DNA of 64,000 bases. Source: Azolla caroliniana (lineage: Eukaryota; Plantae; Polypodiophyta). Location: assembly GCA_043228905.1 (NCBI GenBank), contig JBHGNT010000008.1, forward strand, positions 6,014,001-6,078,000, written 5' to 3'. Position 1 is the stretch's first letter. Each line of letters starts with the position of its first letter. This document shows positions 50,515 through 63,361 of the stretch, piece by piece. The notes beneath the pieces were generated by a model, which saw only the letters and a list, made by a program, of their open reading frames with translations, had not been told where the DNA came from and did no database searches. A program made the position numbers and the translations under genes.

Positions 50515-51619
50515 AGAGAGAGAGAGATGGCCACACGCTACTATTCTAAACCACTATCATCGGAAACTCTTTCCACTAAGGATTTAACACGGTAGTCCTG
50601 TGTTTGGAATAAGTTGGAACCTAGAATAACATTGTGCATGAATGACCAACTTCAAGAAGCCTTTACTTATGACAAAATGAGTGAAGCACTTCAAGCTTTG
50701 CGTATACATAGTTGCCCATGTATGGATGGTTTACCCCAACGTTCTTCATTAAATATTGGATTTGTTCAAGGCATATTTATGTACAACTTTCCAACAAAAT
50801 TTTCGTGATGGAGAAGGACTAATTCACCTTATTCCTAAGTCTGAGGGCCATTCACTAAACATCAAGAAATGACGCCCTATAACAATACTCAAGATGGTTT
50901 ATAAAATATTGGCTAAAGCATTTAGTATACGCCTTCGTACTATATTATATGCAGTTATTCACCCAACCCAAATAGGGTTCGTTTGAGAAAGAAGTATCTT
51001 GGATAATGTTTATACATTTTGTGAATCTATTGCACTGGCAACCAAATCCAAACAAAAGTTGGCAATTGTGATGCTTGATTTTGAGAAAGCTTATGACCGT
51101 GTTGATTGAGATGCTTTGCAATGTGCATTGGTTAGATTTGGTTTCTCTCAGGAATGGATAACAAGTATTTCCTCATTATATAGTTTAGCTCAAATTTGAG
51201 CCTTATTGGCTGGAAATTATGGCCCTCTTTTTTCTATTACATGGTCAGTTAGACAAGGCTACCCTTTGGCTCCTTTCTTATTTCTATTTTTTGTTGAGGT
51301 AATAATTTTCTCTTTGAATTGCTAATAACATTGGTTTACGTGGACTATGTATCCCATTCTCAAATGTAGAATTACGAGAAGCTAAATTTGCGGATGACAT
51401 TGCCCTATATTTACAAGGTAATTTGGATAACTTCCATAAAACTAAAATGAACCTAACTACATTTTGTAAGGCTTTAGGTGAACTTGTCAATTGGAACAAA
51501 TCCATGGCATTTTGGGTTGGGAATGAAGACCCTATGGAGTCCACGCCCGCAATTTCGATGGATTCCGCAAGGTACCCCAATTCAGTACCTAGGTTTTACA
51601 ATAGGTATTGATTTATCAA

Positions 51620-53135
51620 CAGAAAATCAAGTGTGAACAATAGCCCAAACGCGCACAAAACTTGACACCATGCCCGACTATAATGGAAAGACCACAAGAA
51701 AACATTTGATGTTGAACTTGTCATGGCTATCATACAGGACATGAATGCCCACTCATGCATCAATGACGCCCCCAATACTACAAGTGGTGCAAAGCATTTG
51801 CCCATGCACGCACAAGAAAATTGTTGGAAGGCACCAAGTGGGAGGTTCAGACAAGGGCCATTCATTGAATAACCTAGATCCCAACTAGAGCAAATCGTCC
51901 AACCCCACCTACCATTCTACCACAACCACCACCACTACCTCAAATTAGAACCCAATTGGCCGAGTTAGAGCACGACAAAGATGAAAGGACTCAGGTTAGG
52001 GAGGGTGTACACCCATATGAATACGAGGGCCAATATCAATACAATGATTACGATGTTGAAGATGGATTCCTCTCCCACTTCATCAATTATGAGAGCGACC
52101 AAATACTGGTCTACGTCTTGAAAGTGAACAAAGAGGTTCACCAATTAGGCACAAAGGTGGACCAAGATGACCGAAAACTCAAATGCTTCAATTGTTAACT
52201 CCCCCACATGGTTAGTGAGTGCCCAACAAAGCATGAATACTACAATCACATGACACACCATCCCCAATACAATCAATATGGAGCATCATACCCACACATC
52301 CTTTGACTTCTTCAAACCAACGACACAAGAGCTCATTGCTTGGTTCAGCGTGAAGCCTCTGTCTTGGATGTGGGAGAGAGCATTTAGTGTCAAACTTCCC
52401 CAAAAAGAAAAAGTGACAAGCCTATTCTCAATCATACATCTCAACAATAGGGACAAATGTGATTGCATGTGCACAAAGAATAGCCACAACCTCAAACACC
52501 AAATGCAAGGGACACAAATTGCGATACCAAAGAAAGGGAAGCCACGAAAGTCACAAATAAATCATTCCAACCGGCTTATACAAACCCCGTTAGAGGGAGA
52601 GGAAGCAGTTGAGACTCCTGCTAAAAACCTGGCCTAGGGATTACCAACATACCTCACCACTCACCCAAATCATATGGAGGAAAAACAATGTGTTGAGGAG
52701 TACATCAAACTTTTTAAACAAGAAGAAGTTGAACATGTAACACCTAGTTTACCAAGCTTGAACTTTAGTCAACTTTAAAATGAACCATTATCCCACCTCA
52801 ACACAACATCACACCCCATGAGGAGAAAGCCCTCGTCACTAAAGCATACATGAATGCACCCTTGAAAAGAAGTAAACATGGAATTACTCCAACAAATCAT
52901 TGCACTCAAAATTAAATTATCCCTAAGAGAAGTGATTGAGCAATGTGGATCTTAGCTAACTGCCAATCATATCTTTAACCACATACTTTCCAAAGACTTC
53001 AAGGTCACACTCGAAGAATTGTTAAACCTAAACACACAACCCTAGCATGACGTACTAAGACAACTCAATTGTGAACTCTCAGTTGGGTATGGGGAACCAG
53101 TTCTCTCAAATTCCCTTATTGTCATATTAACACGC
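51620..53135 (+). mobile_element. Second, more decayed copy of the Gag/dual-protease family (partial)
   Basis: TCHGYHTGHECPLMHQ, SHFINYESDQI, KCFNC..PHMVSECPTKH, VEEYIKL, LLQQIIALKIKL and TLEELLNL..HDVLRQLN..LSVGYGE match 22790-24200 (-) in the same order. Confidence 0.85.
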
Positions 53136-53775
53136 TGTCGTGAAGAAAATCGGCCTTAGGCGGAATTGGTGAAAAAGGTGTATGAACCGGCCCTTATGCG
53201 CGGGCACAAGTATTGATAAGGTGTACATAATTAGGAATAGGTTGGCTGATGTAAATATACTAAGTAGTACAGATTTGTTAGCTAGGAAATCGATGCATAT
53301 CTCTGTCCGAAGGGACAGAAAATAAAGGTGATATGACCAGGATGTAATGGTCCCTCCCCGGCGGCCTATAAAGGGAAGGGGAGAAGACTGAAAGGGTATT
53401 GCATTTTTTGTGAGGACGAGGTGTTGTCGAACTGGGAACCGAGCTCTCCTCTATCGTTGTTTTCTACAGGTTCTCTGAGTCGGTTGCCTCTGCTTCAAGG
53501 AAAACCGTGTGCTTCCGACAAAGGCTCTACTGCGTGTGTGCATGGGTGTGTGATTGTCTGGGTTGGTTCTATTGCCAGCTATCCGGCTGTAATCTTGCAA
53601 ACACTCTACCCTTTACTGTTATTGGAATTGAATCTCTTGTTTCCCTCTCTATATATTTTTGTGAGTCTCTCTTTTACACGAGTGTGTATCTTGTTCAGAT
53701 ATGCATTGGTGGTTCATTCAGTCTTCATCATCTAGTTGATCGGCTGATATCATATTTAATCTAACTTCCGAAACA
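53136..53775 (+). mobile_element. Probable LTR (solo or remnant)
   Basis: TGTCGTGAAG...CTTCCGAAACA termini and internal CCTATAAAG TATA-like box; no matching TSD. Confidence 0.6.
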
Positions 53776-54615
53776 TGTCAAACATCTCTCAACACAAGTT
53801 TGCACCCGGTTGAGGTTACCAAACACACATCTCCTATGCCAGCAATTCGACATGCCCCTTCATTTCCCATCTTTATAGATCTAAGATCTCTGGCTCTATA
53901 AGATGAAAAGCATTTCCGGTCAGGGGTTAGGTGGGATGACGCACCCGAATCGACCACCCATGTCAATTCATTGCCGACAAGGTTCACTTTGTTTTGTTCA
54001 CTGATGAGCAACAACTCCTCCTCACTTGTCACGATCGTTGAGGTGTTCTTGTTGTCTAGTATCTTCATCGGCTGAACACCGTTAGCTCCCCCTTTCTCTT
54101 TTCGGAAGTGCCCCGGCTTCCTGCAGTAGACGCACGTGGGCCATCCCCTCGACTTTGACCTCATCCTTGATTTCTCCCGATTTTGGGGACTTCGATTTTT
54201 GTCTCTTCCTCCATTCATGTCACTTTCCGTGACCAAGGCCTTTGGGTCGGCAATGGACTCCTTGTCCTTCCGGCGAGCTTCCTCGTTTAATAAGCTTGAC
54301 TTCACCTGCTCTAGGGATAAATGGTTCCCTTCCGGTCAGGCGTTGCCCAATTGACAACGAGTGTCTCTGAGCTGTTCGGAAGGGAACCCGGCAACAATAA
54401 TGTTAATACCTCATCAACAATAGGTATTTCTAGAGAGATGGTTTGATTTATGATTCCTTTGAAGGCTTTCAGGTGCTCCGCCATGTTGGAGCCATCCTAA
54501 TACCTCAGTCTCACTATCTTCCTGAAGACTAAGACTCTATTTATGGCGTTCTTGTTCTCGACATGAACCCAATCTTCTTCCACAGAACTTCTGCATTTGT
54601 CTCCTCGTTGAAGTT
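53776..54615 (-). mobile_element. Tnt1/Tork-like copia gag-protease fragment
   Basis: KSSLLNEEARRK, CVYCRKPGHFRK, WVVDSGASSHLT; related to 56157-57261. Confidence 0.9.
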
Positions 54616-55597
54616 TGAAAAAGAATACATGCGGAAGCTTAACAGACACAACCAGGTAACAAAAGACAAAAGACAAAGAAGGTTTAATGGAAAGCTTAAC
54701 CAACACAATGTACGCGGAAGAGACAGAGAAAGCAGAACACAAAAAACTCTATTCCAAAACAATACTCTAAAACTCTGTACATAGGATGTGCTCAGAGAGC
54801 ACTTTTATACAGCTCCATACGGACTGACAGAAGTACTGACATGTACTTCAATGCTCATGAATGAGCACTTACACTAACTCCCAAAATATATTTCTCCGCG
54901 GAATATCTATCCAACAACCTCCCGGTTTACGCACCGCTACGGCCTCACGTTGCGCACCCGGTTTATGCACCCGGTCTACGCACTTGTTTATGCAACCAAT
55001 GTTGAGCTTGTATCTCAACACTCCCCCTCAAGCTAAATTTGAGGTTCCGCCTGCTCTTTGAGTTCTTCGCTCCGGCTTCTCCTGGCTTCACACCTCAGTC
55101 GTGCTCCTCGACACATTTGATTCCGCGCACCTCGACCCTTTCAGTCGGCTTGTTTGCTCATGTGGTCTTTCCCAAGTCCCTTGTTGTCACAGTGTTGGCT
55201 CCACTCTCGCTGCCCTTTCTTCTACTTGGCCTTTAGTTGATTCGGCGTCCCCGAATCAAACTTTCGAACCGAATCGATTGTCTCTAATTCGTTTTCAATC
55301 TTCAGGCCCTTGACCACATCTGATCATGTCTTGGTCTTGGCCTTCTTGCCCTCCTTGGCTTCATCTCCCCCTGGTTCGGCTGACTCCGGCTCCTCCCTTC
55401 GGTTGCTACCCCTGTTTCCGCCTTCGACTTCTTTAGCCGACTCGAAATCGAATTCTTCGTCTGACTCGGCTTTGTTGTCACTTTAGCTCCTTTCCTGCTC
55501 CCTTTCCTAGTCTTTTCTCCCCCTCAAGTTCGGCACGTCGAGGTGCCGCAAACCAAGCACACCCGAGAATTGCCACAACTTGTCGAGACCAAGGGGC

Positions 55598-58500
55598 TAT
55601 TGGGAAATCGGTCTCTCTAGATGGGATCCGATGATGAATAAAGAGGACCCGATGAGAACCGGAAGAGATCTGGAAACCGGAGGAAACCCGGTGAGAACCG
55701 GAAGAGAAGACATATCTGTAAATATGTTTTTTGAGTAAGCCTATTGAAGCTATATTTGTAAATAGCCCTAAGCTCATATAAGTATAAATATGACCTAGGG
55801 CAATCACTTTGTAATGCAATTGTCATATTGTTGTATGTGCATAATTATTATTCAGAGAGCGACAGAGAGAGAGAGAGAGTAGCTACGAGCACTCTCTGTT
55901 GTAACTATTGTCTGGCGAAGATCACGAGCACGAGGTCGTTGCCTTTGTTCCTCCACTTTGTATTTCCTCTCATATAGTGATAGTTGGAGTCCGTGGGCTC
56001 CCGTGGTTTTTCCCTATTAGGGTTTTCCACACAAACGTCCTGTGTCATTTCTGTGTACTCGTTCATTCCCATTTCTGTGATTCAAGACTCGGTTGTGGCT
56101 GAGCGATATTCCGCACTATTCTCATCAAATTGGTATCAGAGCAAATAAGACAAGAAATGGAAGAGACGTTCGGCGACATGTTGAAGCTCACCGGCTCCAA
56201 GTACTTAGTGTGGAAGTCGAAGATGAGGGGCATGCTGGTGGTTAAATATCTTTGGTTGCCTGTTCAGTTCGGGGACAAGAGACCGGATAAGATCGGCGCC
56301 ACAGTGTGGGAGGTGATGCACATGAAGACGATTACATACATCCGGTGTTTCATCGACATGAGCCCGTACAACAACTTCAATGAAGAGGGCAAGGCTCATG
56401 AACTTTGGGAGAAGATTGACATCATGTTCCAGAACAAGAATGTTGTCAATCGGGTTTCGGTATTCTGGAAGCTAGTGAGGCTCCGATACCAAGATGGCTC
56501 CAGTATGGCGGAGCACATGAATGCCTTCTAGGGACTGATCCATCAAGCAACCTCGTTGGAAGTACCTCTCGCCGATGAGGTACTCGCATTGCTCCTGCTC
56601 GGTTCCCTCCCGAATAGCTGGGAGACGTTAGTTGTCACGTTGGGCAACGCCGGGCCGGAAGGAAAGCAATTGTCCCTAGCAAGGGTAAAATCAAGCTTGC
56701 TAGATGAAGAAGCTCGCCGGAAGGACCGGGAGACCGAGACCGATCTGAAGGCCTTGGTCACGAAAGATGACCACAACCGGGGAAGAGGCCGGTATCGGAG
56801 TCCCCAAAACCGGGACAAGTCAAGGAGGAGGTCGAAGTCGAGGGGGGAGGCCCACGTGCTTCTATTGCAGGAAGCCAGGACACTTCCAAAAGAATTGTTG
56901 GCACTTTCAAAAAGAGAAAGAAACCGGCACCACCAATTCGAAGAAGAGTTCAGACCGAAACAGTTCGGACCGGAGAGGCCTGGATAGGAAAGGAACGTCG
57001 GCAATCGCGACAAGTGAAGAAGAACTGATGCTCATTACCAAGGAGAATGAGTTAAACCTTGTCGGCAACGAGACAACATGGGTTGTCGATTCTGGAGCGT
57101 CGTTCCACCTTACTCTTGACTGGAGATGCTTCTCATCCTACACAGCTGATGATCATGGTTGTGTCCGGATGGGAAATGAAGTTACATGCCGAATTTTCGG
57201 CATAGGAGATGTGTTGTTGACGACACCAACCAGATGCAAGTTGCTGCTGAAGGATGTCTAACACATTCCGGAGTTATGAAGTTCAGCAAAGGGAACCTAA
57301 TAGTGGCTCGAGCCCGGAAGGTCAACACATTGTACTTGATGAATGCCCGGATATGTCGGGAAGAAGTGAACGTAGCATCTGACACTACCGGTGAGCTGTG
57401 GCACAAAAGATTGTGTCACATGAGTGAGAAGGGGATGAAGAGACTTGCTGAAGACAATCTCATTCCGGTGAAGGACGTGCAACTTGAGAAGTGCACCGAT
57501 TGTTTTGCCGGCAAGCAAAACCGAACCTGCTTCCAGTCAAGACCGCCGATGAGACGGAATGCACCACTTGAGTTGGTGCATACAGATGTGTGTCAAGTGG
57601 ACATGAAATCACATGTTGGATCGCAATACTTCGTGACATTCATAGACGACCACAACTGGAAGCTATGGGTCTCACCGTTGAAGACGAAGGATCATGTGTT
57701 ATCCGTCTTCAAGGAGCTCCACGTGAGAGCGGAAAGAGAAACCTTCCAGAAGCTGAAGGCGGTTCGAGCAGATAACGGAGGAGAATACCGAGGGCAATTC
57801 GAGGAGTATTGCCGATCGAAGGGAATCCAGCTTGAATTCACTGTGCTGAAGACGCCAGAATTGAACGAGCTGGCCGAAAGGATGAACCGGACCATAATGG
57901 AGAGAGTCTGGATCATGCTCACACATGCCAAGTTACCCAAGACGTTTTGGGCTGAGGCGCTGACGACGACGACCTACGTGATAAATAGATCACCCTCAGT
58001 ACCCTTGGGAGGAGACTCACCTCAGAAAGTATGGACCAGTAAAGATGTATCTTACCGGCATTTGAAGGTGTTCGGGTGTCTCGCATACATGCATGTGGCG
58101 AATGACAAGAGAGCAAAGTTGGATCTGAAGTCTCGGCCATGCATATTCCTTAGATACGGTGACGATGAGTTCGGTTACTAGGTGTGGGATCTGGTCAACA
58201 AGAAGGTGTTCCAGAGTTGGGACATAGTCTTCATGGAAGACAAGACCATTGCCGACTGGGAGTCAGAGAAGAAGATGATCAACTCCGGATCATCCAATGA
58301 AAACCGGCCTGTGGACACAGAGACCTACCTGGTTGAAAACAAGATGTTAGCTGGTAACCGGATGACACTTGACGAACCAGCCGAATTTGGACAAGAAGCT
58401 GAACCGACCGAAGAAGAAGAAGACAATGGAACCAAGGTACAATGTCGGAAATCCACCAAGGTACAAGGCCTGAATCGTGGTGAAGGGCTTCCAACAAAAG

Positions 58501-60073
58501 AAAGGAGTGGACTTCGATGAGATCTTTGCCTCAGTAGTAAAGATGACATCCATCCGGATGGTATTGGGCATAGTGGCAAGCATGGACATCGAGGTAGAGC
58601 AACTGGACGTGAAGATGGCATTCCTCCATGGTGACCTCAAAGAGGAGATCTACATGCATCAACCAGAAGGATTGTAGGAGAAAGGGAAGGAACACCTGGT
58701 GCGCCGGCTAAAGAAGAGCTTATACGGACTGAAGCACGCTCCCCGGCAATGGTACCGAAAATTCGACTCCTTTATGACCGACCAAGGGTACCACAAGACG
58801 TAGACCAATCATTGTGTGTTTGTGAAGAAATTTGACGAAGGAGACTTCCTGATACTCCTCCTATATGTGGATGATATGTTGATCGTCGGATGAGACCAAG
58901 GCAAGATTCGGATGCTGAAGAAGGCTCTGAACAAGACCTTCTCAATGAAAGACTTGGGTCCGGCAAGACAGATATTGGGAATGCACATCATCAAGGACCG
59001 GTCGAAGAAGGTGTTGTGTTTGTCATAGGAAAAGTACGTGACAAAGGTACTCCAAAGGTTCAACATGTTGGAGGTGAAACCTGTCGTATCGACACTTCTG
59101 GTAAACTACAAGTTGTCCGGAAAACAAAGCATGAGAAACAAAGGCGGAGAAGAAGGATATGATGAAGATACCATATGCATCTGCCGTTGGAAGCTTGATG
59201 TACGCGATGGTAAGTACCCGACCGGACATTGGATATGTAGTCGAAGTGGTGAGCCGGTCCATGAGCAATCTCGGAAGAGAGCACTAGAACGCAGTCAAGT
59301 GGATACTCCAATATCTGAAAGGCACCTCGAGTATGTGCCTCCGGTTCGGCTCCGGTAATCCCCAACTTGACAGATTCACAAATTCAGATATGTTGGCTGA
59401 TGCGGATACTAGTCGGTCTCCATCCGGATATGTCATGACCTATGTTGAGACTAGAGAAGACGGTTGCATTGTCAACCACGGAGGCAGAGTACATGGCAGT
59501 CGTAGAAGCCGGCAAGGAGATAATCTGGATGAAGGACTTCATCGGAGAGCTAGGAATCCAACAGGAGGAATACTGGCTCTACTGCGATAGTCAAAGTGTC
59601 AATCACCTTGCAAAGAACGCGGTCTACTATTCCTGGACGAAACATATCCAACGGAGGTACCACTGGATCCGGGAGAGAGTAGAAGATCAAGAGTTTCCAC
59701 TGACGAAGATCCACACGGAAGAGCATGGGTCGGACATGTTGACCAAGGTCCTGACAACCGACAAGTTGGACGCATGCCGAAAGCGGATCGGGCTGACAAG
59801 ATATCCCATGTCGGAGTGAAGGGGGAGATTGTTGGGAAATCGGTCTCTCCGGATGGGATTCGGTGAGAACTGGAAGAGATACGGAAACTGGAGGAGACCC
59901 GGTGAGACCCGGAAGAGAAGACATATCTGTAAATATGTTTTTTTAGTAAGCCTATTGAGGCTATATTTGTAAATAGCCCTAATTTCATATAAGTATAAAT
60001 ATGACCTAAGGAAATCACTTTGTAATGCAATTGTCATATTGTTGTATGTGCATAACTACTATACAGAGAGCGA

Positions 60074-60133
<60 letters not shown>

Positions 60134-60382
60134 TTATGAGCACTCTCTATTGTAACCGTCGTTTGGCGAAGATCGCGAGCATGAGGTCATTGCCTTTGTG
60201 CCTCCACTTTGTATTTCCTCTCATATAGTGATAGTTGGAGTCCGTGGGCTCCCGTGGTTTTTCCCTATTAGGGTTTTCCACACAAACATCCTATGTCATT
60301 TCTGTGTACTCTCTCGTTCATTCCCATTTCTGTGATTCAAGACTTGGTTGTGGTCGAGCGATATTCCGCGCTATTCTCATAA
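55598..60382 (+). mobile_element. Two-LTR Tnt1/Tork-like Ty1/copia element, decayed
   Basis: LTRs 55598-56127 and 59830-60382; PBS TGGTATCAGAGC 56131-56142; PPT GAAGGGGGAG at about 59818-59827; TSD GGGGC on both sides; gag, protease WVVDSGAS, integrase, RT LYVDDML, RNase H ALSTTEAEY. Stops and internal deletions. Confidence 0.96.
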
Positions 60383-62914
60383 GGGGCTTGGTGAAGATGT
60401 CGGCAGTCTGTCGATCCGTCGAAACATATACTAGTTCAACTTCACCAGAGAGGACACGCTCACAGACAAAATGGTAGTGCACCTCAATGTGCTTGGTCCG
60501 AGTGTGGAAGACGGGGTCGTTCCCAAGTTGGATGCTACTGAGGTTGTCGCAATCGCAGTAGATTGTCGTCGGATTAGGCACCTCAACCTGCAGATCCTTG
60601 AGTAACCCCTTGAGCCAAATGGCTTCGCATGTCGCGATAGCCGCTCCTCAATACTCAGCGTCCATGCTCGATAGTGCAACTCTCGGCTGCTTCTTGCTGC
60701 TCTAGGCGATTGCGGCGCTCCCAAGCGAGAAAGAGAACCCAGATGTGGATCTATGATCACCGGCGTTTCTAGCCCAATCGGAATCCGAGTAGCCGACAAG
60801 TTGTTCGGCAATGCTAGACTGATATAGCAACGCCCTATCCTTAGTGCCACGGACATAACGCAATATCCTTTCCACGCACTGAAGGTGTTCGGCCATCGGC
60901 TGCGACATTAATTGACTGATCAAGCTAACCGGGTAACTGAGATCCGGCCAAGTGATCGTCAAATAAATTAGGCTTCCGACAATCTGTTGGAATCGTGTCG
61001 GGTTGCACACTAGCAGCTTGACGTTTCTGTCTAGAGGAGTTCAGATGGACTTACAGTCTGCCATCCTAAACTTGAAGAGCATACTCAACACGTAATGTCG
61101 TTGGTTGATCAGTATGCCTTCGGGGGTGCGGATCACTTCGATCCCTAGGAAGTAATGAAGCTCTCCTAGGTCCTTCATGTCGAATGATGTCGCAAGCTAG
61201 GACTTTACGCGGCCGATTTCATCTAGGTCGGCGTTGGCGAAGACTAAATCATCAACATAAAGTAAAATATTAACCAGTCCATGTCAACATTGCCGGACGA
61301 ACAATGAAGAGTCTGATTTGGATGTCGCAAACCCCATCCGACGAAGGCGCTGTGTGATCTTTGCGTTCCACGCACGTAGGGCTTGTTTTAGTTCGTATAG
61401 GGACTTCTTCAGTCGGCATAATGCCAAGGTGTTATTTTTGGATTGAAATCTGGGGGCTTGTACCATGTACACCTGTTCCTCAAGTTCTCCTTGTAGGAGC
61501 ACATTCTTTACATCCATCTGATGTCAATGCCACCCCTTTACCGCGGCTAGCACAAGCAGGACACAGATGGTCGTCATCTTCACGACCGGCTCAAAGGTCT
61601 CATCGTAGTTGATGTCGTGTTCTTGTACGTATCCCTTTGCCACTAACCAGGCCTTGTAGCGGTTGACAGAGTCGTCGGTGTTGTACTTGACCTTGTACAC
61701 CCACCTACATCCAATCGACATTACACCCTTCGGGGCGTCAACAAGGTCCCAAGTTTCATTTTCCGCTAATGCATGCATCTCTTCCTCCATTGGGGCATGC
61801 CAATTTGCGTCCTTCGCCATTTATGCGTAGCTCCCTAGTTCACGCACTTCCACCACTTGCGTCATGTACGCGTAATGATGCGCAATGTGCTCGTTGTATC
61901 CGAACTGCACCACGGGGTTCTTCTAGTAGCTAGATCGGCGTAATTGCTCATTAGCCGATTTTGAGACCCTCTTGGCCGACGCGGACTTCGTTTCCGAAGG
62001 TCCGTCTTCGTTCTTCTCGGAGTTGGATTCTCTTCGATCCAACTCATCTTTATCAATGTCGTACTCCGGAATCTTCTTCTTTCCCTTCTCTTTGCGCGTA
62101 AACCGTCTCCTCGGCTTCTTGCGCAGGGAATGCACGACTGAGTCTCCACTACTTGTCAGCTCTACATCTGACTGGTCATGCCGACCGAGTTGCTCATTCG
62201 GCCCACTTAGCCTGAATGAGATCGGACTCTCTTCAAGAGCTCCGATGCCTCCTTCATCCTGAGGCATTTCAGCCTCGCTGACCTCTTCGTCAAAGATCGG
62301 AATGGAGTCATCAGGGGTTGAAGGAGAAGGCAAGTACCACGACACGGACTCGTCGAACACAACATCACGACTTATGTGAGCTTGTTTGGTTTGGGGGTTA
62401 TAACACTTATAACCCTTCTGTTTATCCAAGTAGCCAACCAAGATACACGTCTCGTCTTTGGCGTCCAGCTTCCTATGTTTCTCCTTCGGCACATGCACAT
62501 ACACGATGCTACCGAAAACTCTCAAGTGTGCCAAGTTCGGCTTCTTGTTGAAGTACAACTCATGTGGCGACACTCCTCCATTGGCAGATGCCCAATTCTG
62601 GAGGTAGACGGTTGTTTTGATCCTTCGGCCCAATAGAACGTCGACAGATGCTTCTCTTCAAGCATTGCCTTTGTTGCCTCCTCTATCGTCCGATTCTTCC
62701 TCTCGGTGTGTATCTACACGAGAATTCGCGTCGAATTCCCTCCTTCTGTAGATAACTCGAGAACTGGTTGGAGAAATACTCTTTCCTGCCATCGGACCTT
62801 AGGCACTTGATCTTTCGCCCGGTTCCCCTTTCCGCAAGGCTCTTCACCTTTAGGAAACATGCAAAGACTTCTTCTTTTTCGCGATCAAGCACACCCAAGT
62901 GTGCCGAGTGAAGT

Positions 62915-62940
62915 TGTTATAGGTTTTTAGGGTTAGGGTA
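62915..62940. other. 26-bp insertion with telomere-like repeats
   Basis: TGTTATAGGTTTTTAGGGTTAGGGTA between duplicated GAAGT (62910-62914, 62941-62945) inside the copia integrase. Confidence 0.8.
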
Positions 62941-63094
62941 GAAGTCATCGATGAAGGTTACGAAGTAATGGCTTCCTCCGAAGCTCAAGTTCTGTGGATC
63001 ACATCGAGCGGATTTCGACTCCAATTACACTCGTTGGGGAATGGAAGTTAGTGTTGCTTCCCGAGCTGGCAGGCTTCGCAAACTTGGCCGTTCT

Positions 63095-63361
63095 TGTCAT
63101 GAACACACCAACCATGGACAATGACAAAGCACGGATGACATGATGCTACGATTGATAAGGCTACAAATGTGGAACTCGAAATGACGAGGCTAGTAACTCT
63201 AGAAGTTGTGAGTAACTAGAGAGCATGAAGCCACATATGAAGATCATCATCATCCCTATCTGTCTTCATGCTCTTGTGTCGTTCCCAACTTCTTATGTTC
63301 CACGCTCTTAGCCCCATCATCCGTTGCTCCGTCCGAGTCCAGGGTTGGTGTGTCCATCACA
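63095..63361. mobile_element. 267-bp insertion (solo LTR, TRIM-like or TIR element)
   Basis: TGTCATGAACACACCAACC...GGTTGGTGTGTCCATCACA imperfect inverted ends; TSD GTTCT/GTTCC; interrupts the copia GAG-pre-integrase region. Confidence 0.82.

Larger units (their letters stand above)
44230..51610 (+). mobile_element. Decayed L1-like LINE ORF2, split by a nested LINE
   Basis: Endonuclease-like part 44230-45212 (FRFDKFYVS). It resumes at about 50515 (MREMATRYYS across the junction) with RT motifs LDFEKAYDRVD, RQGYPLAP (about 51250) and FADD (51387-51398). Confidence 0.8.
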
